This document shows positions 37,669 through 47,975 of a stretch of DNA of 64,000 bases, piece by piece. Source of the stretch: a phage; the NCBI GenBank assembly GCA_027262695.1, contig GCA_027262695.1_4722.1. One strand, given 5' to 3'. The notes beneath the pieces were generated by a model. That model searched no databases and had not been told where the DNA came from. It saw nothing but the letters and a program-made list of their open reading frames with translations. Made by a program: the position numbers and the translations under genes. Positions within the stretch are counted from its first letter, which is position 1, and each line of letters starts with the position of its first letter.

Positions 37669-37964
37669 AACAACCCTTCCCGTTTCATCGCAGAACGCAT
37701 ACTTGCGTAAAGCGCATTCTTCATTGCACCTGGACGTAACGGATAACAAATCTCATATCGACGTCCTTGTTTTACAGCGATCTTTCTTCCATTCAAAAAC
37801 AACGTTCCATTATCCAGCAAGAGCTCACCTTGCAATACCATGAGCCCTGCCTTAACATGCCGTCCTTCTTCTTTGGTTAACACTTTGTAGCCGTGTTTAT
37901 CCAATAACCACAACTCGTAAATACCGTGCGCAGCCTTTGGCGTTACTTTCTTTTTCGTCGTCAT
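37665..37964 (-). CDS. hypothetical protein (99 aa)
   Basis: ORF on the dominant strand. Confidence 0.45.
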   Translation of the reverse strand: MTTKKKVTPKAAHGIYELWLLDKHGYKVLTKEEGRHVKAGLMVLQGELLLDNGTLFLNGRKIAVKQGRRYEICYPLRPGAMKNALYASMRSAMKREGLL

Positions 37965-37976
37965 GATCGATCCTCC

Positions 37977-38357
37977 TTAAACTCCTTGTCGGATCATCAC
38001 CAACCGGAGCATATTGTATTCCAACGTGGCGCTTTCTAATTCGAATTCATATCGATACCAGAAATTCGGCTCCAATTGGTTTACAATACAACAACGCACC
38101 TTCGTTTGCACCTTCCTTGACAGCTCACGTAAGAAACGGGTTACCTCCGGTTTGAAGTAATACGCCAAACCTAACTGATCGGAATAAAACAGGCCGCTAT
38201 CATTCGCAGCCTGCAGGATAACATATTCGACCATCAGATGACGTACATTCGGTTCAGGTACCGACGAACATAACGCAAGATCCAACACATCAACGATCGG
38301 ACCAACGTACACGGCAGCACGGTATTCACGAATAACATCAACGTTATCCATGGCCAC
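37977..38357 (-). CDS. hypothetical protein (126 aa)
   Basis: ORF on the dominant strand. Confidence 0.45.
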   Translation of the reverse strand: MAMDNVDVIREYRAAVYVGPIVDVLDLALCSSVPEPNVRHLMVEYVILQAANDSGLFYSDQLGLAYYFKPEVTRFLRELSRKVQTKVRCCIVNQLEPNFWYRYEFELESATLEYNMLRLVMIRQGV

Positions 38358-38364
38358 CTACTGA

Positions 38365-39189
38365 TTAGTTGTTGTTTTCCGATAAGCTGATATAGTTAAA
38401 CGTACGATCGCGTAAACAGGCATAGCGCGGTAATGCGCTAAGGATGATCATCTTCAGCTGCATCGCAAGCGATGTGCGTTCTTCATCGGTCGCATCATCC
38501 CCCCATTTACCCGGTTTAACCTGGATGGGTTCCTGAGGATCCTGCGGAAAGATAAAACTCAACAGCAGGTAATCCGTGCGGAATTCCCATACCTCCCGTC
38601 CATCGCTATTGGTTTCTTTACGCAACGTGAACGGCTGACGCTCCGTGGTAGGATCCAACATCAGTGGACGACCACGAACAACCTCAAGTTTACGTGGGCT
38701 GACGAACGTTGTTCGTTCTGGAAGATGCTTTTCAACCTCGTCGGTATCTAACAAGAACAAAATGATATCATCAAAATGCTCGGGTGCGAACGTGTGTATT
38801 GGCTCACCGTCGGTGTAGGAACAGATCGCCTGGAGTATGGGTGTTTTATCCGAGAAGCTCTGGCATGACCCGCGCGTGATCGGTAAGGTATTCCAAAGAT
38901 GTTCTGTAGACAACTCCACCGGCACCAACGGCTGATCATCGATGAACACCACGCAGGTCATCCCAACAGGAATATGTCCGTCGTTATTCGGTTCGAAGAC
39001 CAAGCGAAGTTTACCGGTGATCAATGCTAACTCATCCGGCAGTAAACGATTCGCTGAACGCGCCAAACGGAATCCGGTTGCTTGGTGATACGGTTCGGGT
39101 TTATAACCACGGACAATAAGGGAAACCTCCGCAAGTTCGATGCTTACGAAGGCGTTTTTGATGTCCTTATTGTTCATCGTTAACGTCAT
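38365..39189 (-). CDS. hypothetical protein (274 aa)
   Basis: ORF on the dominant strand. Confidence 0.5.
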   Translation of the reverse strand: MTLTMNNKDIKNAFVSIELAEVSLIVRGYKPEPYHQATGFRLARSANRLLPDELALITGKLRLVFEPNNDGHIPVGMTCVVFIDDQPLVPVELSTEHLWNTLPITRGSCQSFSDKTPILQAICSYTDGEPIHTFAPEHFDDIILFLLDTDEVEKHLPERTTFVSPRKLEVVRGRPLMLDPTTERQPFTLRKETNSDGREVWEFRTDYLLLSFIFPQDPQEPIQVKPGKWGDDATDEERTSLAMQLKMIILSALPRYACLRDRTFNYISLSENNN

Positions 39190-40204
39190 TGTTCATTTTC
39201 TCCGTTGCAACAAATCGTTCAAGTTCATTCAGTAAACGTGCTTTTAACGTCGCATCCACGTCTGGTGCATGTTTATCACGGTACCATTCTGTTCCGTTGT
39301 ACTGTAAACTTACATGCCATGTGCCTAATGGACTATCTTCTGCCGCTGCGATGAAGTTCTTAACACCGGTTTTGGTTGGATACTTCATGATCGGCACGGC
39401 TTTATCTGGATCCATCAGTGTAAGATCCTGGAAGTTATAATCCAGAAGCGTCAACATGCGTTGCTTGCGTAATAACACCCCGCATTGCAGGATGGTAAAA
39501 TCGATTCCCCAGAAACGAAGTTTACCTCCTACGCCTATTGGCGTATGCCCACGATAAACCGCAAGATAGATTTCCCCTTTATCGGTTTCTTTGTTGTAGC
39601 CTGCGATGAATGCCGCGGTGATCAACGGTTGATCGCCTTTCGCTAAAAAAGCGGGATGGCTACGATACAACCAATCGCTACGGATCAAATCGGTAACCTG
39701 ACCTAAACGTGCGGTTGGTACCATCGTTGATCCTAAAGTTTCATCAACAGGAATCTGATAATACTCGAACAGAACCCCATCGATTTCTTCGGTTGCATAA
39801 GGCGTACGCTCTGGATCGTTAAGCACCTTACGAAGTTTCTCATCGATTTCGTTTACACGATCGTCATGCGCTTTCTCACGGCTTCCAACAACGAAAGCAA
39901 CCAGATTGCGTACACTTACGAAGACGTCATCTTTTTCGGTCTCGGTAAGATCTTCCGCATCAGGCATCGTTGTCCAGTGCAAAGGACCTTCTACCACCTT
40001 AAGCCACTTATCTTCACGTTCAGGATAAACAAACGGTTTATGAACAGGAACATCCGTGTGTTGAACACGTAACAGTAAATTGCATAACGGAGGTAATGTT
40101 TTCTCTAACGGTGGAACAATACCTGATGTAACAGCAATGACATAACGGTTAAGAACAAGAGAAGCGGAATAGGTAATGTTATCTAATCCTGGTAATTGAT
40201 CCAT
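39167..40204 (-). CDS. hypothetical protein (345 aa)
   Basis: ORF on the dominant strand; a 340 bp AT-rich non-coding region lies upstream. Confidence 0.5.
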   Translation of the reverse strand: MDQLPGLDNITYSASLVLNRYVIAVTSGIVPPLEKTLPPLCNLLLRVQHTDVPVHKPFVYPEREDKWLKVVEGPLHWTTMPDAEDLTETEKDDVFVSVRNLVAFVVGSREKAHDDRVNEIDEKLRKVLNDPERTPYATEEIDGVLFEYYQIPVDETLGSTMVPTARLGQVTDLIRSDWLYRSHPAFLAKGDQPLITAAFIAGYNKETDKGEIYLAVYRGHTPIGVGGKLRFWGIDFTILQCGVLLRKQRMLTLLDYNFQDLTLMDPDKAVPIMKYPTKTGVKNFIAAAEDSPLGTWHVSLQYNGTEWYRDKHAPDVDATLKARLLNELERFVATEKMNNDVNDEQ

Positions 40205-40541
40205 GATAGAAATCCTTATTGGTTTTGATCTGTTGTTTAATTAACATATTAAGTTTTAAAGAGGTTATGTTTTACGTCATATTCGATGTTTGTATTGATG
40301 AATTAGAATACTTGTATTTTTAAGCGAGTATAATAATAGTAATAAACCTAAATTAATCTCTGTTACTTACTGTTCTATCTAAAGATAGTAAACTGATATA
40401 ATGCTCCCCACCACCCCATTCTCCCAAGTAATACTGGCCTACCGGCCCTCTCCTTTTTAGGGAGAGAGGTAAGCAACCAGTATTGCTCAAATGAATAAGC
40501 AAAGCTGTAGAGATTTACTGCCGCTTTACCTCTCTTATCTA

Positions 40542-40892
40542 TCAACACCCTATCTCTGCATAAACCTTCAATGCTTCGAATGCATCTCCCTTCTTTGTCA
40601 TCGTCTTGTACAGACGTGATTGAGCAATGATTTTTACCCATTGCTTAGGATCATGAAAATTCACGTTTTCAAAATGAGGTGTGTGATCATCATTGAATTT
40701 GATGTACCCTAAAAGCAATCCGGTATGAGAACCTCGACGGAGTTCGATATGGGGTTTGAAGAAGATACGATTGTCTGGTGGATACCAGCTTACCGTGTAG
40801 TAATGGTTTCCCGAAACAACGATTTCATGAACCTGTTTTGTTTCGTCATCGATAACCGCGTTCACGCAAGGAATCATTAATTTTTGAAGCAT
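40542..40892 (-). CDS. hypothetical protein (116 aa)
   Basis: ORF on the dominant strand. Confidence 0.45.
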   Translation of the reverse strand: MLQKLMIPCVNAVIDDETKQVHEIVVSGNHYYTVSWYPPDNRIFFKPHIELRRGSHTGLLLGYIKFNDDHTPHFENVNFHDPKQWVKIIAQSRLYKTMTKKGDAFEALKVYAEIGC

Positions 40893-41476
40893 GGGACATA
40901 AACCTCCATCAACATCGCATAAAGCGCACCAAGCCCGTGTAGGACTCGGTTAGGGGCAAAGGTAGGTGTATAGCAGACTTGTTCAGTGGGCGCTTGCTGA
41001 CGCAGATCGAGAGGATCCCCGTTGATAAGCATTTGCAGAAGGTCGGTGTCGTCCTGTAAGGTATCTTCATCGATATATGCATCAACACAGAGCAGTCGAT
41101 GTAACTGTTCGGGTTTAATTGAAATGCCGACAACCATGCAGTTGTTGTAGGTCGCGTTGTCCAGAAAGAAGTGAATAACCCCTGCCTGCGGATCGCCGCT
41201 GTAATGTAGCCATTGAGTAAAACCCGCCGACATCATCCACAACGGGTTATGTTGCAATGCGCCGACAACACGGGTTTCGAATTCCAAACCGAACTTCTGG
41301 AAGATCGCGCCCATCTGGAAACGATCTTCATCCAAACGGTAACGGAAGATACAGGCATCAGAGCCTGTTGAGTTATCATACACCGAAAGATACCCACGAT
41401 GGATTTCCACGGTAACGTTGTTATCATTAAGCGTAGCGCTTGCGACGCCGTTAGCAAAGGTTGGTACAAAGCTCAT
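40877..41476 (-). CDS. hypothetical protein (199 aa)
   Basis: ORF on the dominant strand. Confidence 0.5.
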   Translation of the reverse strand: MSFVPTFANGVASATLNDNNVTVEIHRGYLSVYDNSTGSDACIFRYRLDEDRFQMGAIFQKFGLEFETRVVGALQHNPLWMMSAGFTQWLHYSGDPQAGVIHFFLDNATYNNCMVVGISIKPEQLHRLLCVDAYIDEDTLQDDTDLLQMLINGDPLDLRQQAPTEQVCYTPTFAPNRVLHGLGALYAMLMEVYVPCFKN

Positions 41477-42051
41477 CTTGTAATCCTTAATTTACCTGAA
41501 TGAATGATTGTTGTTGGGTCGACGACGCGACCGTATTTCGCGTTACGTAGTACACGATGCCCAAAGAAGTCAGCGGTTTCTAACACAACCGTATAACAAC
41601 CCAGTTGATGTTGGTGCCCCCAAAACCGCTCAATGGGAATCCAGCATGGTGTCATGCCTTTATGTCGCCAATCGGTAACGCAACCAAATTCAGCAAACTG
41701 CTCAGTAAACCACTCGTCGATATCGGTATCCGTAAAGAGAAAGACATGATCTCTAACCAGATAAGCGAATCCAGGATAAAAAAGCTGCGGGTCGTCAGCG
41801 TCACGAAGATAGACACGAAGTTTATCTAACGTGCCCTCGATAACGATCGTATCGGGTAATCCTGGCGGTGTGAATCGAAGTTGGAAATTATCCTCGTTTG
41901 CTGAAGCGTTAACCAAATACCCCAATTGAAGAGGTCGATGCAATTCGAAGAGATTGAACGTTAGTGCATATTCGATATACTCTAATCCTATATTCATGTT
42001 TGACCTATGTGGTATGGATGACATTACGTTGCCTTCCGCGGATATAATCAT
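41473..42051 (-). CDS. hypothetical protein (192 aa)
   Basis: ORF on the dominant strand; ATGA coupling with the downstream gene. Confidence 0.5.
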   Translation of the reverse strand: MIISAEGNVMSSIPHRSNMNIGLEYIEYALTFNLFELHRPLQLGYLVNASANEDNFQLRFTPPGLPDTIVIEGTLDKLRVYLRDADDPQLFYPGFAYLVRDHVFLFTDTDIDEWFTEQFAEFGCVTDWRHKGMTPCWIPIERFWGHQHQLGCYTVVLETADFFGHRVLRNAKYGRVVDPTTIIHSGKLRITR

Positions 42052-42135
42052 GAAGGTAATGTAGGTTTATTTTAATCTCCATTTCGCGATGATATGACAG
42101 TCTTTATTACGTTTACCATCTGAGGGAGCATGCTC

Positions 42136-43374
42136 ATGTCTTCTATTTTACAGGTGTTTAATGCGCATGCGGAAGGCATTGACATCGACGAGTATTTTGT
42201 TAATCAGGTTATCCGTTACGCAACACGCTTCCGTACGCAAGACCAAGAACACATGCGTTTTTTCGGTGGGGTTTTATTAGGCGTACAGAAAATCCGATTC
42301 ACAACAAGACATAACGATATGTGGTTTTCCGACGTCTTGATGATGGATGAAGAAAGCTTACGACGCGATTTAAGTAAACTACCTTTTTACAACACGCAAA
42401 CCAACCGTGTTGCGTCAAACGCGTTTAACCTTAGCTGCTGTTGGTTGCTTCATGCGATTTTCCACAGCAAACAGATCAAAAAAGAAAAGGTTCGTGAAGC
42501 CGGGATGCTTGCAGCAATGCAAGTCCTTCATTATAAATTCATTTGTGGCCTGGTGGCACGCCGTTATCCGTACAACGCTGATCCAGCGATTGCTATTAAG
42601 GCGTATGATGAGTTGACCCTCAAATCAGGCATCAAGCGCATGAACAGCTGGAACGAGTATATCGATGAACGCTGTAATGCCATCATTGCGCGTAACAGTA
42701 CCCACTTCAGTCGTTGGTCGACCTTAGAACCGGATAGCGTTGCTGAGCGTTTCGTACGTGACGTGAATACGGGGATTCGTAAAGTGATCAACCGTATCAC
42801 CGACACCTATTACGCGATGTATGAAGAAGGTAAGAAAATCGGCACGTCATCACAAACCGTAGAATTAGATGACGGTCTCGCTGTTCGCGACATTAAACGT
42901 AACGAAACCACCTACCGGCAATACCTGTTCGAAATCGCTTATGACCGAACAAGTTTCGTTAAACGCGAACTAATGGTGGTTATCCTCGACGTGCATCATA
43001 CAACCAACCTCCTGTCTCTTGAACGCGCATTAAGCTATATCAGCGCTAATGTAGAACGTCCAACGAAAGACGGAAAACAGGTCTCTCAAATGCTGCGGCT
43101 TGTAATGGAACATGCGATCGAATACATCATCTTGAATAAAGTCGATATGCGTGACTTAACGTTCTTATTCTACATGCGTAACGTCTACACGTCTAACCGT
43201 ACCAGCAACCCGAAACTGTTAGAACTTCGTAAGATCGGCTCTGAAGTCATTAAGAAAGCAACCAACGCAAGAAACGATGCTGAAGCAGCAGCAACCCGCA
43301 CCGGGGTCTTTCTGTATATCCTGCTTCGTGTGTTTAGTCGCAACTATTACGTTCGTCGTGCGATGTCACGGTAA
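42136..43374 (+). CDS. hypothetical protein (about 412 aa)
   Basis: Plus-strand ORF; the second ATG (42136) has better spacing from the GAGGGAG RBS than the track start at 42130. Confidence 0.5.
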   Translation: MSSILQVFNAHAEGIDIDEYFVNQVIRYATRFRTQDQEHMRFFGGVLLGVQKIRFTTRHNDMWFSDVLMMDEESLRRDLSKLPFYNTQTNRVASNAFNLSCCWLLHAIFHSKQIKKEKVREAGMLAAMQVLHYKFICGLVARRYPYNADPAIAIKAYDELTLKSGIKRMNSWNEYIDERCNAIIARNSTHFSRWSTLEPDSVAERFVRDVNTGIRKVINRITDTYYAMYEEGKKIGTSSQTVELDDGLAVRDIKRNETTYRQYLFEIAYDRTSFVKRELMVVILDVHHTTNLLSLERALSYISANVERPTKDGKQVSQMLRLVMEHAIEYIILNKVDMRDLTFLFYMRNVYTSNRTSNPKLLELRKIGSEVIKKATNARNDAEAAATRTGVFLYILLRVFSRNYYVRRAMSR

Positions 43375-43562
43375 AGTTTTACTGCCGTTGGTTATTATTT
43401 GAAGCATAGGGCTTCACCCAGGAGTACCATCCCTTTAAGCCATTTATCCTCTCCTGGTTAACTGTCGTTCTCTCACAGTGCTCGACAGACCAAAAATGCT
43501 CAGGCCCCATAGTCCTCCTCTGGGAATGGAACCCAGAGGAGGCTATGTTTATTATGCTGTCG

Positions 43563-43883
43563 TTAAAACTCAATTCGACCTTTTGTGGTAAATAATACAC
43601 CTCTTTGCCAACAGAAAAGATCCTCCGATTGCGCACATACACGAATACCCGCATCGAACAAATGTTTTGTTCTGGCGCTTAAACAATCTGAATCTTCTAC
43701 GTACAACAGAAGACGTTGACATTTATTCTGAATGCGTTCAACAAGAATGTTCTTATCGCTTAAAATAGAATGCGCGTTATCCGTTAAGTTATCGTCTGTT
43801 TCCAGCTGTTTAACAAGTTTGATTAAAATACGTAATTGCTCGAGTGTGTCATGATCAAGTGAATCGCCCATGGCGTACCTCAA
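43563..43883 (-). CDS. hypothetical protein (106 aa)
   Basis: GAGGT RBS; flanked by hairpins at 43914-43941 and 43514-43542. Confidence 0.4.
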   Translation of the reverse strand: MRYAMGDSLDHDTLEQLRILIKLVKQLETDDNLTDNAHSILSDKNILVERIQNKCQRLLLYVEDSDCLSARTKHLFDAGIRVCAQSEDLFCWQRGVLFTTKGRIEF

Positions 43884-43913
43884 CGTTATACGTCGTTCGT
43901 ATTATAATACTTA

Positions 43914-43941
43914 GACTCCCCATCGGAATTAACGGGGAGTC
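43914..43941 (-). terminator. Hairpin GACTCCCC / GGGGAGTC downstream of the terminase gene
   Basis: 8 bp perfect stem 13 nt downstream of the terminase stop. Confidence 0.5.
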
Positions 43942-43953
43942 TGCAAATCGTGC

Positions 43954-46185
43954 TTAGAAAAAACCTCCCGGACGGTATTGTCCCATCGTCATCCACGCGT
44001 TACGAGAAATATTCCGTTCGTTTGAGGAGCGGCTTATTTGACGATACGTGTTCGCGCGTTCTTCCCTTGCTTTCGTGATCATCGCGTCAATAGAAACAGA
44101 CGCTGAATCCTCCCCACGTATCTTCCCTTTATACGTAAGAAGCTCTGCCTCCAAACGATCCAAAATGAGGCCGTTGGTTTCGGTTTTGAGCAGCTCATAG
44201 ATTTCAGCAACACGTTGACGTAACTTCGCCTGCTGTTGGTTCAGATACGCTTCGTAGGGGTCTATTTCACCGGTCACCGATGCCGGTAAACGACTCATGA
44301 CTTTAAGGGGATCGATACCATAATGGATCTGTTTCTTAGCACGCTTAATGAACCACATCGCCAACATCCACGCAAAGGTCATGTCATCATGCATTCCATC
44401 TTGGTGGTCAACACGTCCGTCTTTAATCACCAGTCCGAGAATCTCAGAACACAGCATCTTGTCGCGTAATTGTCCACGCGTTTCTACAATACCTTCCATC
44501 AAGATGTCGGAATATAATTCCATACGTTTGCGCGCATCCGTGGTGAAACCCAGATGCTTCTTACGTTGTGCGTACCAGCTTTCATCACGCATGCTTAACG
44601 GTAATTTCAAGTCTTCAAACATCGCCGGGTTGTCAGCATGTCTGTCCACAATGGTGTTATAGACACGTTTGAATACATCGATACCCGCTTGTCTTAGGAA
44701 CTCCTCGATCGCGTCTAACAGCATAATCGCACTGCTTTTACGTTCAGGAATCAACGTCACATTTTTATATCGCATCAGGAAGTTCGCTATCCAGCGCGCA
44801 AATGAAAGCAAGCTTAACTTATTAAAACGACCTGTCGCCACAACCTCTGCTGTTTCCACGTCAACCATGACCAGACCGATAGCATCTCGACCAATCGCAT
44901 CACTGGTATCCAAACCCGCAACCACCTTATTGTTCTGCATGTAGGTTTCGATCTGACCTCGAGGGATATACCAGTTAACGCAGTAGCCTTCAGGTGAAAT
45001 CTCAATGTGGTCGATTTCACGTTGTCCCGCCATGATCATTTCAACCATCTCAGCGGTTAACGGGCTTTCTGCTGAACCGTTGGTCCAGATGTTCATGTAG
45101 TCGCGGTCTTTCTGGAGTTTGTCACCTTCCGTTTCGTTCATGGTTTTCGCTAACCATTCATCACTGAATCCCAGCTGGGCATGGTTCCATTGCGCACCAA
45201 TCCTGACGGTCGCCTTGCTAAGTTCGCACGGTACATTGTTCAATACCGTTTGATGTAAATGTTTTTCGTTACGGCAATCAAAGAAACTTTCAGAGAACGG
45301 CGCTGAACGCATGAAAACTTCATACGCCCATTTTCCTTCACGTTTATCCAATTCCCCAGCCGTTGTTGTGTAGATGATACTGGTTAAGTCACCGTTACTT
45401 AACGCTTCATCACGTGCCGCACCCATCGCACCGATACCGGCAGGAACAATGATTTCAATGTATTTCGTAAACGCGGTTTCGTCGCTATGGAATATCGGGG
45501 TGGTTAGACCACGGCCGATGTTCGTGGCTTGTTTCTTATCCGATCGCGGAATCTTCACCGAAAGCTTGTTCTTAAAACGCGTGTAGGTGACGTTTTCTTT
45601 GTTCGATGAGTCACGGCTATCCAGCGTCCAGAGATACGCCGGTAACAGATCACGGATACTACGCACGTCTTCTACTGTTTTCGTACGCGCATCACCGTCT
45701 TTTGTTAGCTGGATGACTTCGGTGTTACGACTGCGTACATACGTCAGATAGCAAAACAAACCTAACATGGTCATGGATTTACCAGTCTGACGTATCTGTA
45801 TCTGATACCAGTTCGTTCGTGTGAATATCCCCCACAGCATCGGAATATTACCGCGGTTAGCACGGAATGAGATTTTGTTGTCACCCGCTTTTGCTGGGAC
45901 ACGCATCACTTCACGGAAGAAGTACCATGGATTGAGGTAACATTCTGCACTGATCATCTGAATCTGTTCAGACGTCAAATTCGGCGCATGAGGATCCACA
46001 CCAATCAATCTTGGATTCAACAACGCCATGAAGAACGCGGAGTTACGAACGCCGAATTCACGACGGTATAAAATCGCTAAATCACGCCAACTTGTGTTTG
46101 TTGTTTCCCAGTGCGGAACCGCTTGAGGAAAATAATCCCAATCCTCCTCAAACAGAATGATTTTCTTCGGATCAACAATCGACAT
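43954..46185 (-). CDS. terL: terminase large subunit
   Basis: Walker A-like 'IRQTGKS', RNase H-like nuclease region 'VVAGLDTSDAIGRDAIGLVMVD', and C-terminal 'HQDGMHDDMTFAWMLAMW' typical of terminase nuclease domains. Confidence 0.7.
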   Translation of the reverse strand: MSIVDPKKIILFEEDWDYFPQAVPHWETTNTSWRDLAILYRREFGVRNSAFFMALLNPRLIGVDPHAPNLTSEQIQMISAECYLNPWYFFREVMRVPAKAGDNKISFRANRGNIPMLWGIFTRTNWYQIQIRQTGKSMTMLGLFCYLTYVRSRNTEVIQLTKDGDARTKTVEDVRSIRDLLPAYLWTLDSRDSSNKENVTYTRFKNKLSVKIPRSDKKQATNIGRGLTTPIFHSDETAFTKYIEIIVPAGIGAMGAARDEALSNGDLTSIIYTTTAGELDKREGKWAYEVFMRSAPFSESFFDCRNEKHLHQTVLNNVPCELSKATVRIGAQWNHAQLGFSDEWLAKTMNETEGDKLQKDRDYMNIWTNGSAESPLTAEMVEMIMAGQREIDHIEISPEGYCVNWYIPRGQIETYMQNNKVVAGLDTSDAIGRDAIGLVMVDVETAEVVATGRFNKLSLLSFARWIANFLMRYKNVTLIPERKSSAIMLLDAIEEFLRQAGIDVFKRVYNTIVDRHADNPAMFEDLKLPLSMRDESWYAQRKKHLGFTTDARKRMELYSDILMEGIVETRGQLRDKMLCSEILGLVIKDGRVDHQDGMHDDMTFAWMLAMWFIKRAKKQIHYGIDPLKVMSRLPASVTGEIDPYEAYLNQQQAKLRQRVAEIYELLKTETNGLILDRLEAELLTYKGKIRGEDSASVSIDAMITKAREERANTYRQISRSSNERNISRNAWMTMGQYRPGGFF

Positions 46186-46196
46186 ATAAACTCCTC

Positions 46197-46223
46197 CGAT
46201 GGAGGGTGCTCGGCACCCTCCAT
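46197..46223 (-). terminator. Hairpin GATGGAGGGTGC / GCACCCTCCATC
   Basis: 12 bp perfect inverted repeat between the gene ending at 46236 and the terminase start. Confidence 0.5.
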
Positions 46224-46235
46224 CGTTGTATTACC

Positions 46236-47975
46236 TTATGCGACTTTACTAATAACGACGGCAGTGATACCGAGATGGAGGTCAACGCCGTTCTGTACTT
46301 TAATCCAGCGGATATACAGGTTAGCGTTATCCTGTCCCGTACCACCTGGGACGTTATTGTTCTTATTCCATTGTGAGATTTCGAAACGTTTCTGCACGTT
46401 AGGGCCAACCATGATTTCAAAGTGGGTTGGTTCTGGTGCTTTCGATTCCGTCTTCTCAAGATAAAGCGGATGGGTTGAGTAGTAAAGCTGATTCAACCAT
46501 TCACCCAGGTCTGAGTGTTTGTTCGTCAAGTCAACGTACGCGTTACCGGCAACGTCGTAAGAGAACAACGCTTTCGTATTACGGCCGTATACATCCGTTG
46601 TTGTTGGGGTGGTCTGCGAACTGAAGGTAACTGTCCAGTAATCACCGGATGTTGCCGAACCGGCTTGCAGCAACGTCATGCGAATCGTCTGTGTATGACG
46701 TACACGTTTGTAAACGGTAGGGTCGACTTCATCCAGCCAGATGTTGTACGCAAACTCTTGAGGTTGTCCGTATTTCTTCGGACTGAACTCAGGACTGTTC
46801 AACGCTAATTGGACTTTGTCGGTAACGTTGTAATACCGTTCACGGTCAACGTTATACAGCCAGAACACCAGCTCGTAACCCACAGCGTCAGATACCCATT
46901 GCGGATAACAGAACAGCTTAACGCTATACGCGCCCTTCGCTTCTTTCGAAACGACGGTGTATGGAACACTGATGTGTTTCACTGCACCTGGTAATGCGTA
47001 GGAGGTATCTTCATCATCATCCAGGTAGTAGTGCAGCGCCAGTGGGTGTTTGCTGTTAATGACCTGAGACGTGAAGACGTTAAGGCCATCCAACACAACC
47101 TTGTTCCCGGTAACAGGCCAGTACTTGATAGAACCGTCGCTGTACGTGACTTCTGCCTGAAGGTCGACGGAGTCCAAGTTGACGTTGATTGGTAGCTCAA
47201 GGAGTTTGGAATCGCTGCTGCTAAGCCAGGTCGATTTCAGTCGTACTCCGTCTTCCAGGATGTACTTAATACCTTGGTCTGGTGTACGGACATAATCAGT
47301 AATACGAACGATCATGCGTTTCATCGACAACGGTTGTGGACCATCACCGTAACCGACCACCATCACTTGTTCGAAGTCTTCTACAGGTTTAATGCAGTAG
47401 CCTTCACGGGGTGCCCAGATGGCTTTGTTCGTTCCGTCTTTATAAGCGATAAGCTGACAGGGAATAAAATCGCTGATCTTATTACCGCTATTATCATACA
47501 TCGCACTGATGATTTCGCCGTTGGCGCTGATATCAGAACCACGGAAGACCGCAATACGTCGAATATCCGAACCGTGTAGATGGAAACGACGGTCGATGTT
47601 CATCGTTGCTGGAATAGTGTTCGTATTAATCAATACCCGCCAGGTATCGTACGACCAGGTTGGGTCGATCCCTTCAAAGGTTGTTGTTTCATCACCTTTG
47701 CCATCGAAGGGCGCTGACAATTGACCAATGAGCTTAAGGGTACTCAGTTTCGTTCTGTCATCAACAGCGATAACCCGATACACCGCGTTGGTGTCCCAGT
47801 CTTCAACTTTATCATCCACGTTAGGAACATAAAGCTTCCAGTCTTCTTCAACACCATTGTAGATCTCTTTATACGCATATGTGGTATAGCGTCTGTCGAG
47901 ATCCTGAATAGCGAGTTTATCCGGATGCTGTTGTGCGTAAAGCACCGGATTGGTAATCTCTCTTCCCATTATCAC
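46236..47975 (-). CDS. hypothetical protein (579 aa), possibly virion-associated
   Basis: Large ORF directly upstream of the terminase gene; no motif recognised. Confidence 0.5.
   Translation of the reverse strand: MIMGREITNPVLYAQQHPDKLAIQDLDRRYTTYAYKEIYNGVEEDWKLYVPNVDDKVEDWDTNAVYRVIAVDDRTKLSTLKLIGQLSAPFDGKGDETTTFEGIDPTWSYDTWRVLINTNTIPATMNIDRRFHLHGSDIRRIAVFRGSDISANGEIISAMYDNSGNKISDFIPCQLIAYKDGTNKAIWAPREGYCIKPVEDFEQVMVVGYGDGPQPLSMKRMIVRITDYVRTPDQGIKYILEDGVRLKSTWLSSSDSKLLELPINVNLDSVDLQAEVTYSDGSIKYWPVTGNKVVLDGLNVFTSQVINSKHPLALHYYLDDDEDTSYALPGAVKHISVPYTVVSKEAKGAYSVKLFCYPQWVSDAVGYELVFWLYNVDRERYYNVTDKVQLALNSPEFSPKKYGQPQEFAYNIWLDEVDPTVYKRVRHTQTIRMTLLQAGSATSGDYWTVTFSSQTTPTTTDVYGRNTKALFSYDVAGNAYVDLTNKHSDLGEWLNQLYYSTHPLYLEKTESKAPEPTHFEIMVGPNVQKRFEISQWNKNNNVPGGTGQDNANLYIRWIKVQNGVDLHLGITAVVISKVA

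Noticed and set aside
40375-40641. 88 aa ORF inside the AT-rich intergenic region
   Set aside because: Overlaps hairpin and promoter-like sequence with no RBS; likely non-coding.
42054-42060. AGGTAAT near 42054 as a third copy of the promoter 11-mer
   Set aside because: Two mismatches to the 11-mer and only 3 nt from a start codon; wrong position for a promoter.
43379-43654. 91 aa ORF overlapping a hairpin and the neighbouring gene
   Set aside because: Overlaps the 11 bp stem at 43514-43542 and ORF 43563-43883; weaker coding context.
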